This document shows, piece by piece, positions 26,513 to 37,508 of a DNA stretch of 64,000 bases. The position numbers were made by a program, and so were the translations under genes. Source of the DNA: a virus; IMG/VR virus record IMGVR_UViG_3300030104_003441, positions 2,903 to 66,902 of that record; one strand, written 5' to 3'. Position 1 is the first letter of the stretch; each line of letters opens with the position of its first letter. The notes beneath the pieces are model-generated. The model was not told the DNA's origin. It did no database searches and saw only the letters and a list, made by a program, of their open reading frames with translations.

Positions 26513-28657
26513 TTAGTTGTGTGTTGTAATTAATGAATCTATGTATATTGGAAACGTAGCGCTTTTGCTTAACTCTCTAACTTTCAAATTACCAGATATA
26601 ACAATATCGTTACCCACCTTGTTTGACTGCAAGTTTATTAAAGAAACATGTGGATTTGTAGGTTCAAACGTAAGATTGCCTATAGCAGTAGAACCAGCAG
26701 TTTCTAATTCAAAAGTATTACGGTCAGTTATAGAATCTACAGTTCCTACCGTTGCTCCACTAGAGTCTTTTACAATCATGCCAGGTATTATACCTCTTGT
26801 TCCGTGAAATTCTGGAGTTGCATACACCGATGTTAGCACAACTTGATGAGTAAAGGCAGGAAAATTGTTGAGATTTACAGTAGTAGAGTTTGTCGTGAAG
26901 CCTGATTGAAGCCTTTCTATGTTATCTGAATTAAGCCCACCAACCTTTAAATGACCACTGTCTTGTACGCTTAGAACTTTACCTTGGGCTGGTGATACAG
27001 TAAAAGAAAAAGGAACTATATCAACAGCGTCGCGCTCAAATCTAAGTCTAGTGTTGTCTTCTACAGTAGAAGCTGAGCTTAGTATTATAGAATTATTTGT
27101 TACGCTTGATACCGTAGTTCCGTGAGGTATGCCGCTACCTGTAATAAGCATGCCTGGCAATATATTTTCATTAGCCGTGTTTAACGTTAGTCTAGTAGAA
27201 GAAACCCCGCCAGTGCCACCTCTATATATACTATACGGGTTTGTTTGTTGACCGCGAACATCACCAACTATTTTTTCTGGTCTAGCAAAAGTTATGTCAG
27301 AAGGAAGAGTAGCATAGAGGGAAGAGTTGAGTGTTGACAGAGTTATTGTGCCAGTAAGAAAACCTTTTTGTATAATACTTTTAGGCTTAGCTTTTATTTT
27401 AGTAATTTTACCTTTTTTCTGTGTACCTCTATCTTCTACAATTACATCATACCTCTGCGCTGTAAGATCTGCATTTTCATAATAAATTGGATCTAGCGCA
27501 AATTCTTTAGTTGCTTTACCGTTTTCATCTAGTGTAAATTGATTACCAGATCTATCTGGAAATTTAAGCCCCTCTACTCCCAATGGCACACTACCCTCAA
27601 ATACCGTGAAGTCTTGATTTTCAAAATCATAATCACTAAATCTTATTACACCAACAAGGTGACCACTTAAAGAATCAGTTTTACGCGTGCCGTCTGTTAG
27701 ACTTGTTGTTTTAAAAAGATTAATAGTGCCAACAGAACCTGGTTGCCCAGTTATTATTATTTCAAAATTACCGCCGTCAGAAGGTACTTCACTTGGAACT
27801 TCCACCTCTGTTACAACATCAGTTTCAGCAACCTGTATTTCTTTTAAAGGTACTTCAAAATTTAACTTATGACCGTCGTTAATAGTAAAATCATCAATAA
27901 AACCCATAAGAAAAGGTTGCACGTTAGCAAATACCCTTACCGTAAAAGACGTTATTTGATTAGAACTATTAACAGACTGTTCTACCACGCTTGCCGCGTA
28001 TAAGCTATCATTAATATTACCCATTAAAGGATTTCCAAACGTGAACACGAAGCTATTTGGAACGTATTCGTAGAAATAACCTGTATTAGCTGCGAAAGTT
28101 ATTTCTTGTATAACGTTTGTTGCTGAACCGTATAAAAAAGATGCAGAGTTTCTAAACACAGATCCAGCGGTTACAGTTGTTTCTGTAACATCAGTTAAAT
28201 TAACATTAGTAACGGTGTGCTTGCTAGACAAAGAACTATCTGTTAACTCTGCAGTGGTCTCTAAAACAAAATCGTGAGTTGTGTTAAACGTGGGCGCTAG
28301 ATCTTGCTCGTCTATGTCTACATAGATAGGTGCCGCAGATGAAGGTGTGTACGCGTTCAAGTGTACGGTTGCTTTAACTTTATTAAAAGGTGTTCCAACT
28401 AAAGATCCATCAACAGGATTATCTGTAAAAACTACTTTAGATACTGGAGCGTCTACATTACCGCCGGTCCACGTATTAGTAGGACTTTCAGTAGCTCCAC
28501 CGATTTTAAAGTTTTCTTTTTTAATATATGCCCCGCTCCAATCATTTGTGAATGAATCTGGATTCATCGCTGTGATTTCAAGCTCCACCGTTTGCCCGGC
28601 TTCAGCGGTTCCACCAACCGCATCAAATGTATTTGATATTACGTACCAGTCTGCCAT
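26513..28657 (-). CDS. tail structural protein (start likely MADWY)
   Basis: Beta-rich; PGMLITGSGIP and PGMIVKD fibre-type repeats. Confidence 0.55.
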   Translation of the reverse strand: MADWYVISNTFDAVGGTAEAGQTVELEITAMNPDSFTNDWSGAYIKKENFKIGGATESPTNTWTGGNVDAPVSKVVFTDNPVDGSLVGTPFNKVKATVHLNAYTPSSAAPIYVDIDEQDLAPTFNTTHDFVLETTAELTDSSLSSKHTVTNVNLTDVTETTVTAGSVFRNSASFLYGSATNVIQEITFAANTGYFYEYVPNSFVFTFGNPLMGNINDSLYAASVVEQSVNSSNQITSFTVRVFANVQPFLMGFIDDFTINDGHKLNFEVPLKEIQVAETDVVTEVEVPSEVPSDGGNFEIIITGQPGSVGTINLFKTTSLTDGTRKTDSLSGHLVGVIRFSDYDFENQDFTVFEGSVPLGVEGLKFPDRSGNQFTLDENGKATKEFALDPIYYENADLTAQRYDVIVEDRGTQKKGKITKIKAKPKSIIQKGFLTGTITLSTLNSSLYATLPSDITFARPEKIVGDVRGQQTNPYSIYRGGTGGVSSTRLTLNTANENILPGMLITGSGIPHGTTVSSVTNNSIILSSASTVEDNTRLRFERDAVDIVPFSFTVSPAQGKVLSVQDSGHLKVGGLNSDNIERLQSGFTTNSTTVNLNNFPAFTHQVVLTSVYATPEFHGTRGIIPGMIVKDSSGATVGTVDSITDRNTFELETAGSTAIGNLTFEPTNPHVSLINLQSNKVGNDIVISGNLKVRELSKSATFPIYIDSLITTHN

Positions 28658-28658
28658 A

Positions 28659-31600
28659 TTAATCCGCTGTTGCGTCCCAAATATCACCGCTACCATCAGC
28701 TCCAACGTAGCTTGTAGAAGTATTATTTGCGACTGTTATTGTTAAACTTTCTCCAAGACTAGGGCTACTATGAGCTAATGAAGCAGTACCTAAACCTTGA
28801 ACTGTAAACTCTCTTTCATCTAAATTAGTTAATGCTGTAGTCACCCCGCTAGGATACCCGTAGTATTTACCTTCTTTATTTTTAAACTCAATTTCACCAC
28901 ACTCTTGTAGGTTAGTATATATGTTGTCAATATACCAACCAGCTGTTGTTGCTTCAATATTATAGTACTCACCATCTGTTATAGAGCTGTTTGTTTCAAG
29001 CCCATATCCAGAGCTATAATCACCAGTTAACCAAGAGCTGCTGCTTTCTGTATCGAAATTAGTTATTCTACCAGCAGTACCTTCATATGCTATAGCGCCC
29101 CAGCTCTTAACACTTTCTGGGCCATCGTTAAATATTACAGTTACGTCTGAAGTGTATTGAGTACCATAGAAATTATTTCTTGTTTCGTTTACATGATGCT
29201 CCCATATATGGCCATTTAAAAAAGTGTAGTATTTATTATTTAAGCTAATACCATCTTCCATCGTTCTAAAGAAAGTAGCTCCACCTACAGTAGAACTTAC
29301 ATAAAACGTTTTAAAGCTAGTCCACCCATCTGACATCTCGTTAAAAGAAACTACAGCTTGTTCAGAAGGTAATATTTGTGAAGGACTTACTTTTTTAGAT
29401 ACAGCTATATTATACTCGCCTTTTTTAACATCATAACTACCAACAACTTTATTTACGTCTTTAGCAAACAAATCAGCAAAATAATCTCGCATACCTTTAT
29501 CAGATATAGATCTTACACCTTCTCCACCTAGAACTAATACGTGACCTCTAAATACATCAGTAAAATATATATTGTAAGGTGTTGCTGCAAATGACTCAGG
29601 GTTTTTTCCAATACCGTAGTTTCCTTGGTACGCTGTTGCAGATCCAATAACTTTGTTGCTAGCTACAACTTGAGAATTACCATCAGCATTAAACAGCATG
29701 TCCTTATTGGTTTCCGCTCTAAGGATTTTATCTTCACACATTATAATTAACCTTGTGTTTCTGTTATAAAGCCTTTGTATGCTACCGTAAACGGGATTAA
29801 TATCTTTTGTTATAGGTTCAGCCTGTATAAACTGGTTTGTGTCATTAACTCCAGAATTAGAGTTATAAATACCAGACCAAATCATACCGTGTTTTCTTCT
29901 CTCTTCTTTTAAACTTCCTGGTAATACAGTAGAGGCTTTTACCCCGCTATCCATTTGAACTGCGTTAAAATCATCTCTAACTCTATCAGACTCTACACCG
30001 TTACCAAATGACCAACAGTTACTCCATGGTAATTTATACTCTGAAGAAATTAACAACTTTGATTGTATAGTTCCTTTTTTACCATGTAATCTAGCGCTTG
30101 TGCTATTTGGGCCAATGTTGCTTATAAGATTTACATCTACGCTAGATCCATCAGGCCTTTCTATTTTAATTTTACTAATATACTGATTAGTTGGAGTTGA
30201 AGTCGCTGGTGTTAATAAACCTAGCGCAGGAGAAAAGCTTATAGTCTCTTCATTTGTCCATTGCGTTACAGTGTGCGTTACTGACGATCTTGTAAATGTG
30301 GAAGAGCTAGCGCTTCCTCCCTCAAGTCCAAGTTCAGCAGGAACTTCTGTCCATGTGTTTATCTTAAACGTAGAACCTATAGGCACTAAATTTTCTTTAG
30401 TTTTATTAGATAAGTAAATAGGGTTTAAATTACTAGCTTGATAATATATATCTAGATCAGGAACCTCTTTTGGCTCAGTCTCCCATACAGCAGCGTCAGA
30501 AGCAAAGTGGTCGCTATTAACATCGTCGAAAGGTCTAACGATTTGTATTGCATCTTTTCTATTATCGCTAGGATACGAAGAACTCGCAGGTTGTGTACCT
30601 ACGCCAGCATCATGTCTTAATGCTCTTCTAAACTTCGGGTTGTCAGCACTAGTAACTATATCTGGATCAGTACCGTGTATAGGACTATACTTAGAGCCTT
30701 GAGATCCTATAGGTGGATCTACTACTATTGTCCAGCGCTGTCTTAAGTTGTGGCCGTAATATTGATCATTCTCGTTGCTTGTCCAGTGGTTTCTAATACC
30801 AAAAACACCCGTGTATTTATTAGTTCCAGAAAAATATATTGATCCATCAAAACCAGTCCCGCCGTTGTTCTGAAAATTATTACCTTCTTTATATTGATGA
30901 CCTGGGTTATTTGATTGATTGCTCCAGCCTATTTCATTAGATCCAGCTGAAAAGTTATGAAAAGATTTTGTTGTATAAACTTGACCGTCAGGATCTCGTT
31001 GAAACCTAAACCTAGTTCCTGGAGTGCATAGTTTTCTCATAAATTTCCAAGCTGCTGAGTAGATATTAGCGTCTTGAACATCTTTAAGTTGATGAGCTAT
31101 AGGAAAATCATTATTGGTTAAAAATCCACTTTGATGGCCAGCGCCCATGCCAGTCCAAGATATATCCATACACTTACCATTAGCCCATATACCTCTACTT
31201 GGTTGACCTCTTCTATAACCTGTGTTACCTGCTAAATGCTGGTGGGTACCAAAGTGTGGAGCTACAGAGCCTTCTTCTTGAGCAGCAGTGTCTGGTTTAT
31301 CAAACGATTGACCGTCTTTATGATATTGATTTGTGTAGTTATTACCAGGGGTATCGTCATCAGGAGCATAATCAGATTGGTTACCCTTGCCAGTCCAAGA
31401 GTATGCGGTGCACGCGTCGATAAAGAAATCTTTAAGACCAGCCATACCTAACCAAAATTCTTGAGCTTCGGTTTGATTAGAGCCAGTTCCAATACCTACT
31501 AAAGGACTTAACGGACCTATTGAATCGTCACTACCTATATCATAATACAAATCTCCTGATTTAACGCCAAACGCGTCAAAACTATCGCTTATGTCATCAG

Positions 31601-34600
31601 AATTAGTACCGGCTCCACCTCCCCAATAATAAGCAGATTGACTACTAAAACCATCGCCGGTATAATTTGTCCAAACGTGTTCTGTAGGATGTTGTCCAGG
31701 ATGGGCTATAGATCCTGAAGTTACGCTACCACCGGCAAATCCATGTTGCACTTCAAAGTTAGTTCCAGTAGCTGCTCCCCACTCTTTTGCGTTATAAGGT
31801 ACAACCCCTAAAGCTGATGAACTGTATACACCCGCGTTCCAATAACCATTGTTGTTTAAATACCTAAGACCCCATGTAGCAAGAATCTCGTACTGCTGGT
31901 CAAGGCTATCTGTTTGATCTATTATATACTGCTCTAGTAAATCGTCTTTAAACACTTTTACAAAAAATCTACCAGTATACTCTGCTTTCATTTTTGTATC
32001 ATCAGCAAATAAAGTAAGCACAAGATCAGCGCGCATGTCTGCTGGCTGTTGACTTTCACCTAAAATAAACTCTACATCAGGACCAAAAACATTTTCTATC
32101 TTTAGTCTATAATCTCCATCAACTGCAGCATCACCTATTTGACTTAAGTTTGATATAACATATAACTCAGAAGCCATGTTATCATTAGGACCGTAAAAGC
32201 GTAGTTGAAGATTCTCAGGAGTTTTTATTTGAAAGTTATCTCCAAACGCGTCTTCGAAAGCTGTTTTAGTTACAGTTATAAAAGTTCCACCTACAGAAGG
32301 ATATCCACTTTCAAGATTATCACCAATAGCAGATGTTGCCGCGTTATCAGCTCCCTCAAAAACTCCAATGCTACCAAGATTCTGTCTTTTTGTTTTAACC
32401 TCGTCTGGCACTTCGTTAGATATATCTATAACTTTGTATCTAGCTTTTTTATCAGCATAAGCATTTGATCCGTGGTTTTTCTTTAATGTTATATAAGAAT
32501 CTTCAGTTATTTTATTTCTTTCAGACGAAGGAAACGAAAGCCATATGTTTTCATCAGACGTATAATACCACCTGTCCATCGTCATGTTGTAATACTCATC
32601 AGAAGAATCTTTTACATAAAACGAAAAGTACTCTGCCCAAGTAGGAATAGTTAAACTTTCTGAATCAAATTTTACAGTTAATCTATTTCTTTGATCAGCT
32701 ACAGCATGTGGCAATTTTATAGTAGAATCTTTAGGCGATATAACAGGCGTTTCTCTTCCGTATTTGTCACTAAAAACTACTCCAACCTCATATAGTCTAT
32801 CAGACTTTACTGACGGAGGTGCATAATCACCACCTACTAAGCTGGTGTTAGTAGATTCAAATCCTATGATTAAGTTAGGATCTTTTTCTACTGTATAGTT
32901 CTGTAAATAGTTACCGTATATAAGTCTGTTAGCACTTATTTCTTGTGCTTGCGCAAGGCGTGGTACGTTGTCGTAAGGGCGAAGCAGTTGATTAGAAGGC
33001 ACTGTTCTGTAAATAGTGTCGGTATCTAAAACTATTTCTCCTCTTGATGTTGTTGAAAAAGAGTTTCCTTGATCTGGCCACATAGGATGTCCATCGCTTG
33101 GCTTTATTGTTTTTACAATATACACCGTAGGATTATTAGTTTCCTTGTATAGTATATCAATCTCTACAACATCCTGAGGTATGTCAAATTCTTGAGGATG
33201 ATAGCCTTTTATTCTAAGACTTTTCGTTTGATTGATCATACCAAGGTTGTAACCTTGCTCTGGAATAAAGTCGTACGGACCGGTCAAAAAAGCAACTGCT
33301 GAAAACGGAGCAAACGTAGAATATTCTCCATCTTCAAATTTATATCTATACGAAAATCTTGGAAACTTAAAATCAAATAAAGTATCGCCTGGATCAATTC
33401 TAACATACCAAGTTAAATCACTTGCTGATATTTCATTGCTTATAGATATTATTTCTATTACGTAATTCTGGTTTATTGAATCAGGATCTGTAACACCAGA
33501 GCTTATTACTCTCGCTAAAATATCGTAATCTTCAAACTCTACTGGTCCTTGAGTCGCTGTTGATTGTCTTATAAGCTTTAGTATATCTCCATTTTCAAAA
33601 TGAGCACCTTGATCAAGATTAATGGAAATAGTGTCTCCGTTGTTTAATGATTCATCATCATCAAAAAACGATTTATTTGACAGCGTGCCGTGCAATGGGT
33701 TTTCTACACCAGAAGAATTAACTCTAGGTACTGAAGTTCTAAAAGCATCTATTATCGGAGCTTGTGTAGGCGATGGCTTTATTACTGTTACGTGGCTTTC
33801 GTCTACAAAAACAGGGCGTTTATTATCACTCCTAGTAATAATAGCTGGTGTTCCTAAGATATCAACAGAGTAAATACCAAGAGTCAGTGAACCAGATTTA
33901 GTTACTAATCTAGTATTAAAAAACGGTAGTGACCCATTGAAAGTTTTATAAGTAAGAGATGTATTAGCATTAGCAAAACCTGTTAACGGGGTTGCGTCAC
34001 CGTCAGTTGATTTCAATCCACCTGTTCCTGCTATAGATCTAGATATGCTTATTTTCTTTGGCTCAGATACATTGTCAGTCCAAAATAAAAAATCATCTAA
34101 TATATTTATAGCAGTAATATAAATATTTTTATTAAAGTTTAAAACTCTTGGCGATATAAACTCTATAGCGTCACTAGCATCTACACCTGTAGGTGGAGTA
34201 AAAGCAGTGCCGTTTTGTTCTAACATTATTTTATAGCTAGAGTTTGAAGCGTTGTATATAATATCTGATACTTTAATATTATCAGCAGCGTTATATGTAT
34301 TGTCACCTAACGTGCCTGTAACACGCATACCTATCCTAACGCCAGTAAAGTTAAAGTCTGCAGCAGAGTGAGTACCACCAGCTTGATTTGTTACATCACT
34401 TCCTTTAGGTATGTATAAAAAATCTTGGCTACTAGTGCTAGCTTGCGCAATAGTAACTTTTACTTTAAATATATCTACAAAAACGTATTTGAGACTTCTT
34501 GCTACAGTGTCAAACTGTATAATATAATCTTTAGATATAGCTGGAGATCCTTCGGCATTATTTAAATCACCAGAAGAAACAAAGTAGTATATATTATCTG

Positions 34601-34853
34601 TTGCTGGATCACTAATACAACCAACTACTGTAGATGTGTCTGCAACATCATAAACGTAACTATCACTTGAATCTTGCTTTATAGAGTTTCGTTTGATATT
34701 ACCTAATAAAGTCTGAGCGGTGCCTACGTTAGAACCATCTGAAGTAGCTATCTGTATATTAGTTGCTTCTCTATATTGACCATTGGGAACAAGGCGCTCG
34801 TCCATGTCCTTGTTCATCTTGCCTTGAGAAAAGTTATGTGTTACTACTGGCAT
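28659..34853 (-). CDS. tail stabilisation/muzzle protein (P22 gp10-like, crAss-type)
   Basis: N-term FSQGKMNKDMDERLVPNGQYREATNI; SFGNGVESDRVRDDFN; GWTSF; follows the ring proteins. Confidence 0.7.
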   Translation of the reverse strand: MPVVTHNFSQGKMNKDMDERLVPNGQYREATNIQIATSDGSNVGTAQTLLGNIKRNSIKQDSSDSYVYDVADTSTVVGCISDPATDNIYYFVSSGDLNNAEGSPAISKDYIIQFDTVARSLKYVFVDIFKVKVTIAQASTSSQDFLYIPKGSDVTNQAGGTHSAADFNFTGVRIGMRVTGTLGDNTYNAADNIKVSDIIYNASNSSYKIMLEQNGTAFTPPTGVDASDAIEFISPRVLNFNKNIYITAINILDDFLFWTDNVSEPKKISISRSIAGTGGLKSTDGDATPLTGFANANTSLTYKTFNGSLPFFNTRLVTKSGSLTLGIYSVDILGTPAIITRSDNKRPVFVDESHVTVIKPSPTQAPIIDAFRTSVPRVNSSGVENPLHGTLSNKSFFDDDESLNNGDTISINLDQGAHFENGDILKLIRQSTATQGPVEFEDYDILARVISSGVTDPDSINQNYVIEIISISNEISASDLTWYVRIDPGDTLFDFKFPRFSYRYKFEDGEYSTFAPFSAVAFLTGPYDFIPEQGYNLGMINQTKSLRIKGYHPQEFDIPQDVVEIDILYKETNNPTVYIVKTIKPSDGHPMWPDQGNSFSTTSRGEIVLDTDTIYRTVPSNQLLRPYDNVPRLAQAQEISANRLIYGNYLQNYTVEKDPNLIIGFESTNTSLVGGDYAPPSVKSDRLYEVGVVFSDKYGRETPVISPKDSTIKLPHAVADQRNRLTVKFDSESLTIPTWAEYFSFYVKDSSDEYYNMTMDRWYYTSDENIWLSFPSSERNKITEDSYITLKKNHGSNAYADKKARYKVIDISNEVPDEVKTKRQNLGSIGVFEGADNAATSAIGDNLESGYPSVGGTFITVTKTAFEDAFGDNFQIKTPENLQLRFYGPNDNMASELYVISNLSQIGDAAVDGDYRLKIENVFGPDVEFILGESQQPADMRADLVLTLFADDTKMKAEYTGRFFVKVFKDDLLEQYIIDQTDSLDQQYEILATWGLRYLNNNGYWNAGVYSSSALGVVPYNAKEWGAATGTNFEVQHGFAGGSVTSGSIAHPGQHPTEHVWTNYTGDGFSSQSAYYWGGGAGTNSDDISDSFDAFGVKSGDLYYDIGSDDSIGPLSPLVGIGTGSNQTEAQEFWLGMAGLKDFFIDACTAYSWTGKGNQSDYAPDDDTPGNNYTNQYHKDGQSFDKPDTAAQEEGSVAPHFGTHQHLAGNTGYRRGQPSRGIWANGKCMDISWTGMGAGHQSGFLTNNDFPIAHQLKDVQDANIYSAAWKFMRKLCTPGTRFRFQRDPDGQVYTTKSFHNFSAGSNEIGWSNQSNNPGHQYKEGNNFQNNGGTGFDGSIYFSGTNKYTGVFGIRNHWTSNENDQYYGHNLRQRWTIVVDPPIGSQGSKYSPIHGTDPDIVTSADNPKFRRALRHDAGVGTQPASSSYPSDNRKDAIQIVRPFDDVNSDHFASDAAVWETEPKEVPDLDIYYQASNLNPIYLSNKTKENLVPIGSTFKINTWTEVPAELGLEGGSASSSTFTRSSVTHTVTQWTNEETISFSPALGLLTPATSTPTNQYISKIKIERPDGSSVDVNLISNIGPNSTSARLHGKKGTIQSKLLISSEYKLPWSNCWSFGNGVESDRVRDDFNAVQMDSGVKASTVLPGSLKEERRKHGMIWSGIYNSNSGVNDTNQFIQAEPITKDINPVYGSIQRLYNRNTRLIIMCEDKILRAETNKDMLFNADGNSQVVASNKVIGSATAYQGNYGIGKNPESFAATPYNIYFTDVFRGHVLVLGGEGVRSISDKGMRDYFADLFAKDVNKVVGSYDVKKGEYNIAVSKKVSPSQILPSEQAVVSFNEMSDGWTSFKTFYVSSTVGGATFFRTMEDGISLNNKYYTFLNGHIWEHHVNETRNNFYGTQYTSDVTVIFNDGPESVKSWGAIAYEGTAGRITNFDTESSSSWLTGDYSSGYGLETNSSITDGEYYNIEATTAGWYIDNIYTNLQECGEIEFKNKEGKYYGYPSGVTTALTNLDEREFTVQGLGTASLAHSSPSLGESLTITVANNTSTSYVGADGSGDIWDATAD

Positions 34854-34856
34854 GTG

Positions 34857-35780
34857 TTAGTGCTTAATTGTTTTAGACTTACCTCTTAATACTTGTGTAA
34901 GTTCTTCTAATTTGTAATTAGATAATCTAAGTTTAGCTTTTCTAGTTTCAGCAAATCTTTCTTTTTTAATTTGAGTCAACAAAGCTTGCTGTGAGTCTTT
35001 TCTTGCTGAAAGCACTCCGTAAAGAATATGTTTGTATATTGCTTCTTCAGCGAACTTAGGTACTAGTGAAGAGCTTAGGTCTATAGAGGTATTATCAGCT
35101 GACGTAGATATACCATCACTAATGTATTTTAACACCAATGTTTTACCTGCTAGGTTAGAGCTAAAATGAAACTTACCAGCTGAGTCATCAATATAAAACG
35201 AGCCGTTTGCTTGAGCGTACTGCGGATCAATGCCATATCTACCACCTATTAAATCACCGTATGTATCATCAAATTCGTCAGAGTCAACATCACCTATATC
35301 AGTCGCGTTAGTTTGAGACTTATAATTACCCCACGTAGTAGAGTCTTCATCCGTGGTAAGATCATCGTTAGCACCTAAAGCGCTAGTATCAAAACCACCA
35401 AAGTCTTGAACATCGTGGCCTATGTCTAAAGGATTAGATGTTTTAGATGTTTTGTATATAGTTCTTTGTATACCGTTCGCGTCACTCCAAGCTAAGTTTA
35501 CATAATTAACGTAATCAACAGGCATGACTAACATAAGCGAGGTTGGTACTACTACTTCCCAGTCTTTTGTACACTTAAGTGTATCATAGCTTAATTCTTG
35601 TAGAGATCGTATTGCATGGAACGTTATGTCAGCCATTACAACGTTTTCACACAGTTTTCCTGCGCCTACATATGTCGCCGCAAAAGAGTCTATAATTTCT
35701 GTTAGGCTTATAAATCTATAATTACCGTGGTCACCACCTGTTAAGTAATATGTTTTTTCTGCTGAAGTTAATATACCCAT
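34857..35780 (-). CDS. tail ring/tubular protein
   Basis: MPVDYVNYV, LKYISDG, AEEAIY motifs; position downstream of the capsid genes. Confidence 0.6.
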   Translation of the reverse strand: MGILTSAEKTYYLTGGDHGNYRFISLTEIIDSFAATYVGAGKLCENVVMADITFHAIRSLQELSYDTLKCTKDWEVVVPTSLMLVMPVDYVNYVNLAWSDANGIQRTIYKTSKTSNPLDIGHDVQDFGGFDTSALGANDDLTTDEDSTTWGNYKSQTNATDIGDVDSDEFDDTYGDLIGGRYGIDPQYAQANGSFYIDDSAGKFHFSSNLAGKTLVLKYISDGISTSADNTSIDLSSSLVPKFAEEAIYKHILYGVLSARKDSQQALLTQIKKERFAETRKAKLRLSNYKLEELTQVLRGKSKTIKH

Positions 35781-36517
35781 TATGAGATTTTTTGAATAGC
35801 TAATTCAGAAGCTTCTTTACCAGCAGCTATCTGTACTAGGCCAGGTTTGTTAAGAACTATACCTGCTAGTTCTAATATCTTGTAAACTACGGTGTCTGTT
35901 TCTGCTTTATGTAGCTCGAAATCTACAGCTAAAGTAGAGTTATACATTGCTTTACCGTTAATAACAACATAAGCCCAGTTAACTGTTTTTGGTACTCTAA
36001 AGCATTCAACAGTCACGCTGCTAGTTACTGGATCTACACCGCCATCATATACTTGTATATCTTGCCCGCTTGTTCTACTGTCGCAGTATATTGGTGCTTG
36101 GCCTGATGTTGTCGCCATGTGCCTTGTTGAGCTTTTTAATCGCTGAGCTTCAAATACGCTAACCTTTTGACATGGCTCGTTTCCAGAAAGCACCATACCT
36201 GTTTGAAAAACATCATACGCCGTGCCGCTCACAGTTACTGTAGCTGGAAACGTATGTCCACTTGTTACAGATTCAAATGATTGAAACGGCGCTAATTTTC
36301 TATCTATTAATTCCTGTATATCGGTTTCGTCAACTTCGTTTGTTCTGTTAGGCTCTTGAAGCTGTTTTAAATTTTTAGAGTAAAAATATGTTTCAAATAT
36401 TTGTATTTGAGCTTGGTTTGCCAATAAGTTAAACTCCTGAGGAGTTATATAACCACGTTGCTCTTTGTTTGCAAGGGCTAATACTCTTTGATATACTGTG
36501 TCTACACTTATTGCCAT
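35780..36517 (-). CDS. head-tail adaptor/ring protein (start likely MAISVD)
   Basis: ANKEQRGYITPQEFNLLANQAQ, P..W.Y, DFELH motifs. Confidence 0.6.
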   Translation of the reverse strand: MAISVDTVYQRVLALANKEQRGYITPQEFNLLANQAQIQIFETYFYSKNLKQLQEPNRTNEVDETDIQELIDRKLAPFQSFESVTSGHTFPATVTVSGTAYDVFQTGMVLSGNEPCQKVSVFEAQRLKSSTRHMATTSGQAPIYCDSRTSGQDIQVYDGGVDPVTSSVTVECFRVPKTVNWAYVVINGKAMYNSTLAVDFELHKAETDTVVYKILELAGIVLNKPGLVQIAAGKEASELAIQKIS

Positions 36518-36536
36518 AATTCTTTTTTTGTAGTTT

Positions 36537-36562
36537 TGCAACCACCCCGAAGGGTAGTTGCA
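36537..36562 (-). terminator. stem-loop/terminator with UUCG loop
   Basis: + strand TGCAACCACCC-CGAA-GGGTAGTTGCA in the intergenic space. Confidence 0.55.
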
Positions 36563-36575
36563 TCACCGTTGATTA

Positions 36576-37436
36576 TTATTTTAATCGTTTTTCTATATTT
36601 GTATAAACTTCCATACCTTCATCTGTCTTAAACCAAGACGCTAATGCCGAATACGGGTGTTCATCAAAAGGAACTGTCATTAATTTCCTACCATTTGATC
36701 CCCATGTAAAGGTTCTTTGATCAGTAGACAGTTTAATAATATTAAGTTCAGTTGCTTTAATACCAAAGTTTCTTAGCGCTACATTTTCATCAGTAACTAA
36801 TTCTAAGAATAACTTAGGGTTTCTCTTAGCAAATAGTATCAAATCTCTTTTAAGCTCCTTAGAACTCATCGTAGATACCTTAGAACCAATCTCAGCTCTT
36901 AACACTGCTTCTGCCATATCAACTTCTAGTTCCATGGCGCTATTTAACGCCATAACTTCCATTTCAAGCCAAGCAATTTCATTTTCTGCTTTTCTTACTG
37001 GTTTTTCTTCGTAGAACACTGTGTCTCTGTCTGGGTGATATAAAGATAAAAACTTTTGCAATATAGTTTTTTCTTTTTCTACTATAAGCATACCGTTTCT
37101 AAATATAATATGCTCAAGCCTTTGATCACCCTTCATCTCGTCAACGAAGCAAGTTCGTTGATTAGAACAATATTTAAGTTCTCTTTCGTAGCCTTTTTCT
37201 TCATCAAACCAGTGAACGTTTGCGCTTCTAATAGATCTTGACAAAGGCTTTTTCCTGCCTTTAAGTCTATATATTCTATTTTTAAACTCCCAGCCGTCAC
37301 CTAGCTTTTTAGTAGTATCACCAGCTCGCTTCTTCTTAGGTTCAACATGAACCTCTTTCGTAACAGGTACTTCTTCAACAACAGTTACATTTTCTACAGG
37401 TTGATCTACAACCTCTTCTTTTTTATTTTTTGCCAT
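36576..37436 (-). CDS. conserved hypothetical protein downstream of the major capsid gene
   Basis: Long ORF in the capsid operon; no motif recognised. Confidence 0.6.
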   Translation of the reverse strand: MAKNKKEEVVDQPVENVTVVEEVPVTKEVHVEPKKKRAGDTTKKLGDGWEFKNRIYRLKGRKKPLSRSIRSANVHWFDEEKGYERELKYCSNQRTCFVDEMKGDQRLEHIIFRNGMLIVEKEKTILQKFLSLYHPDRDTVFYEEKPVRKAENEIAWLEMEVMALNSAMELEVDMAEAVLRAEIGSKVSTMSSKELKRDLILFAKRNPKLFLELVTDENVALRNFGIKATELNIIKLSTDQRTFTWGSNGRKLMTVPFDEHPYSALASWFKTDEGMEVYTNIEKRLK

Positions 37437-37463
37437 AATATATAATATAATAAAAGTTAATAT

Positions 37464-37494
37464 AAAACTACCCTACCCGAAGGCAGGGTAGTTT
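37464..37494 (-). terminator. intrinsic terminator after the major capsid gene
   Basis: Minus strand AAACTACCCTGCC-TTCG-GGTAGGGTAGTTTT. Confidence 0.75.
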
Positions 37495-37508
37495 CATCAA
37501 ATATAATC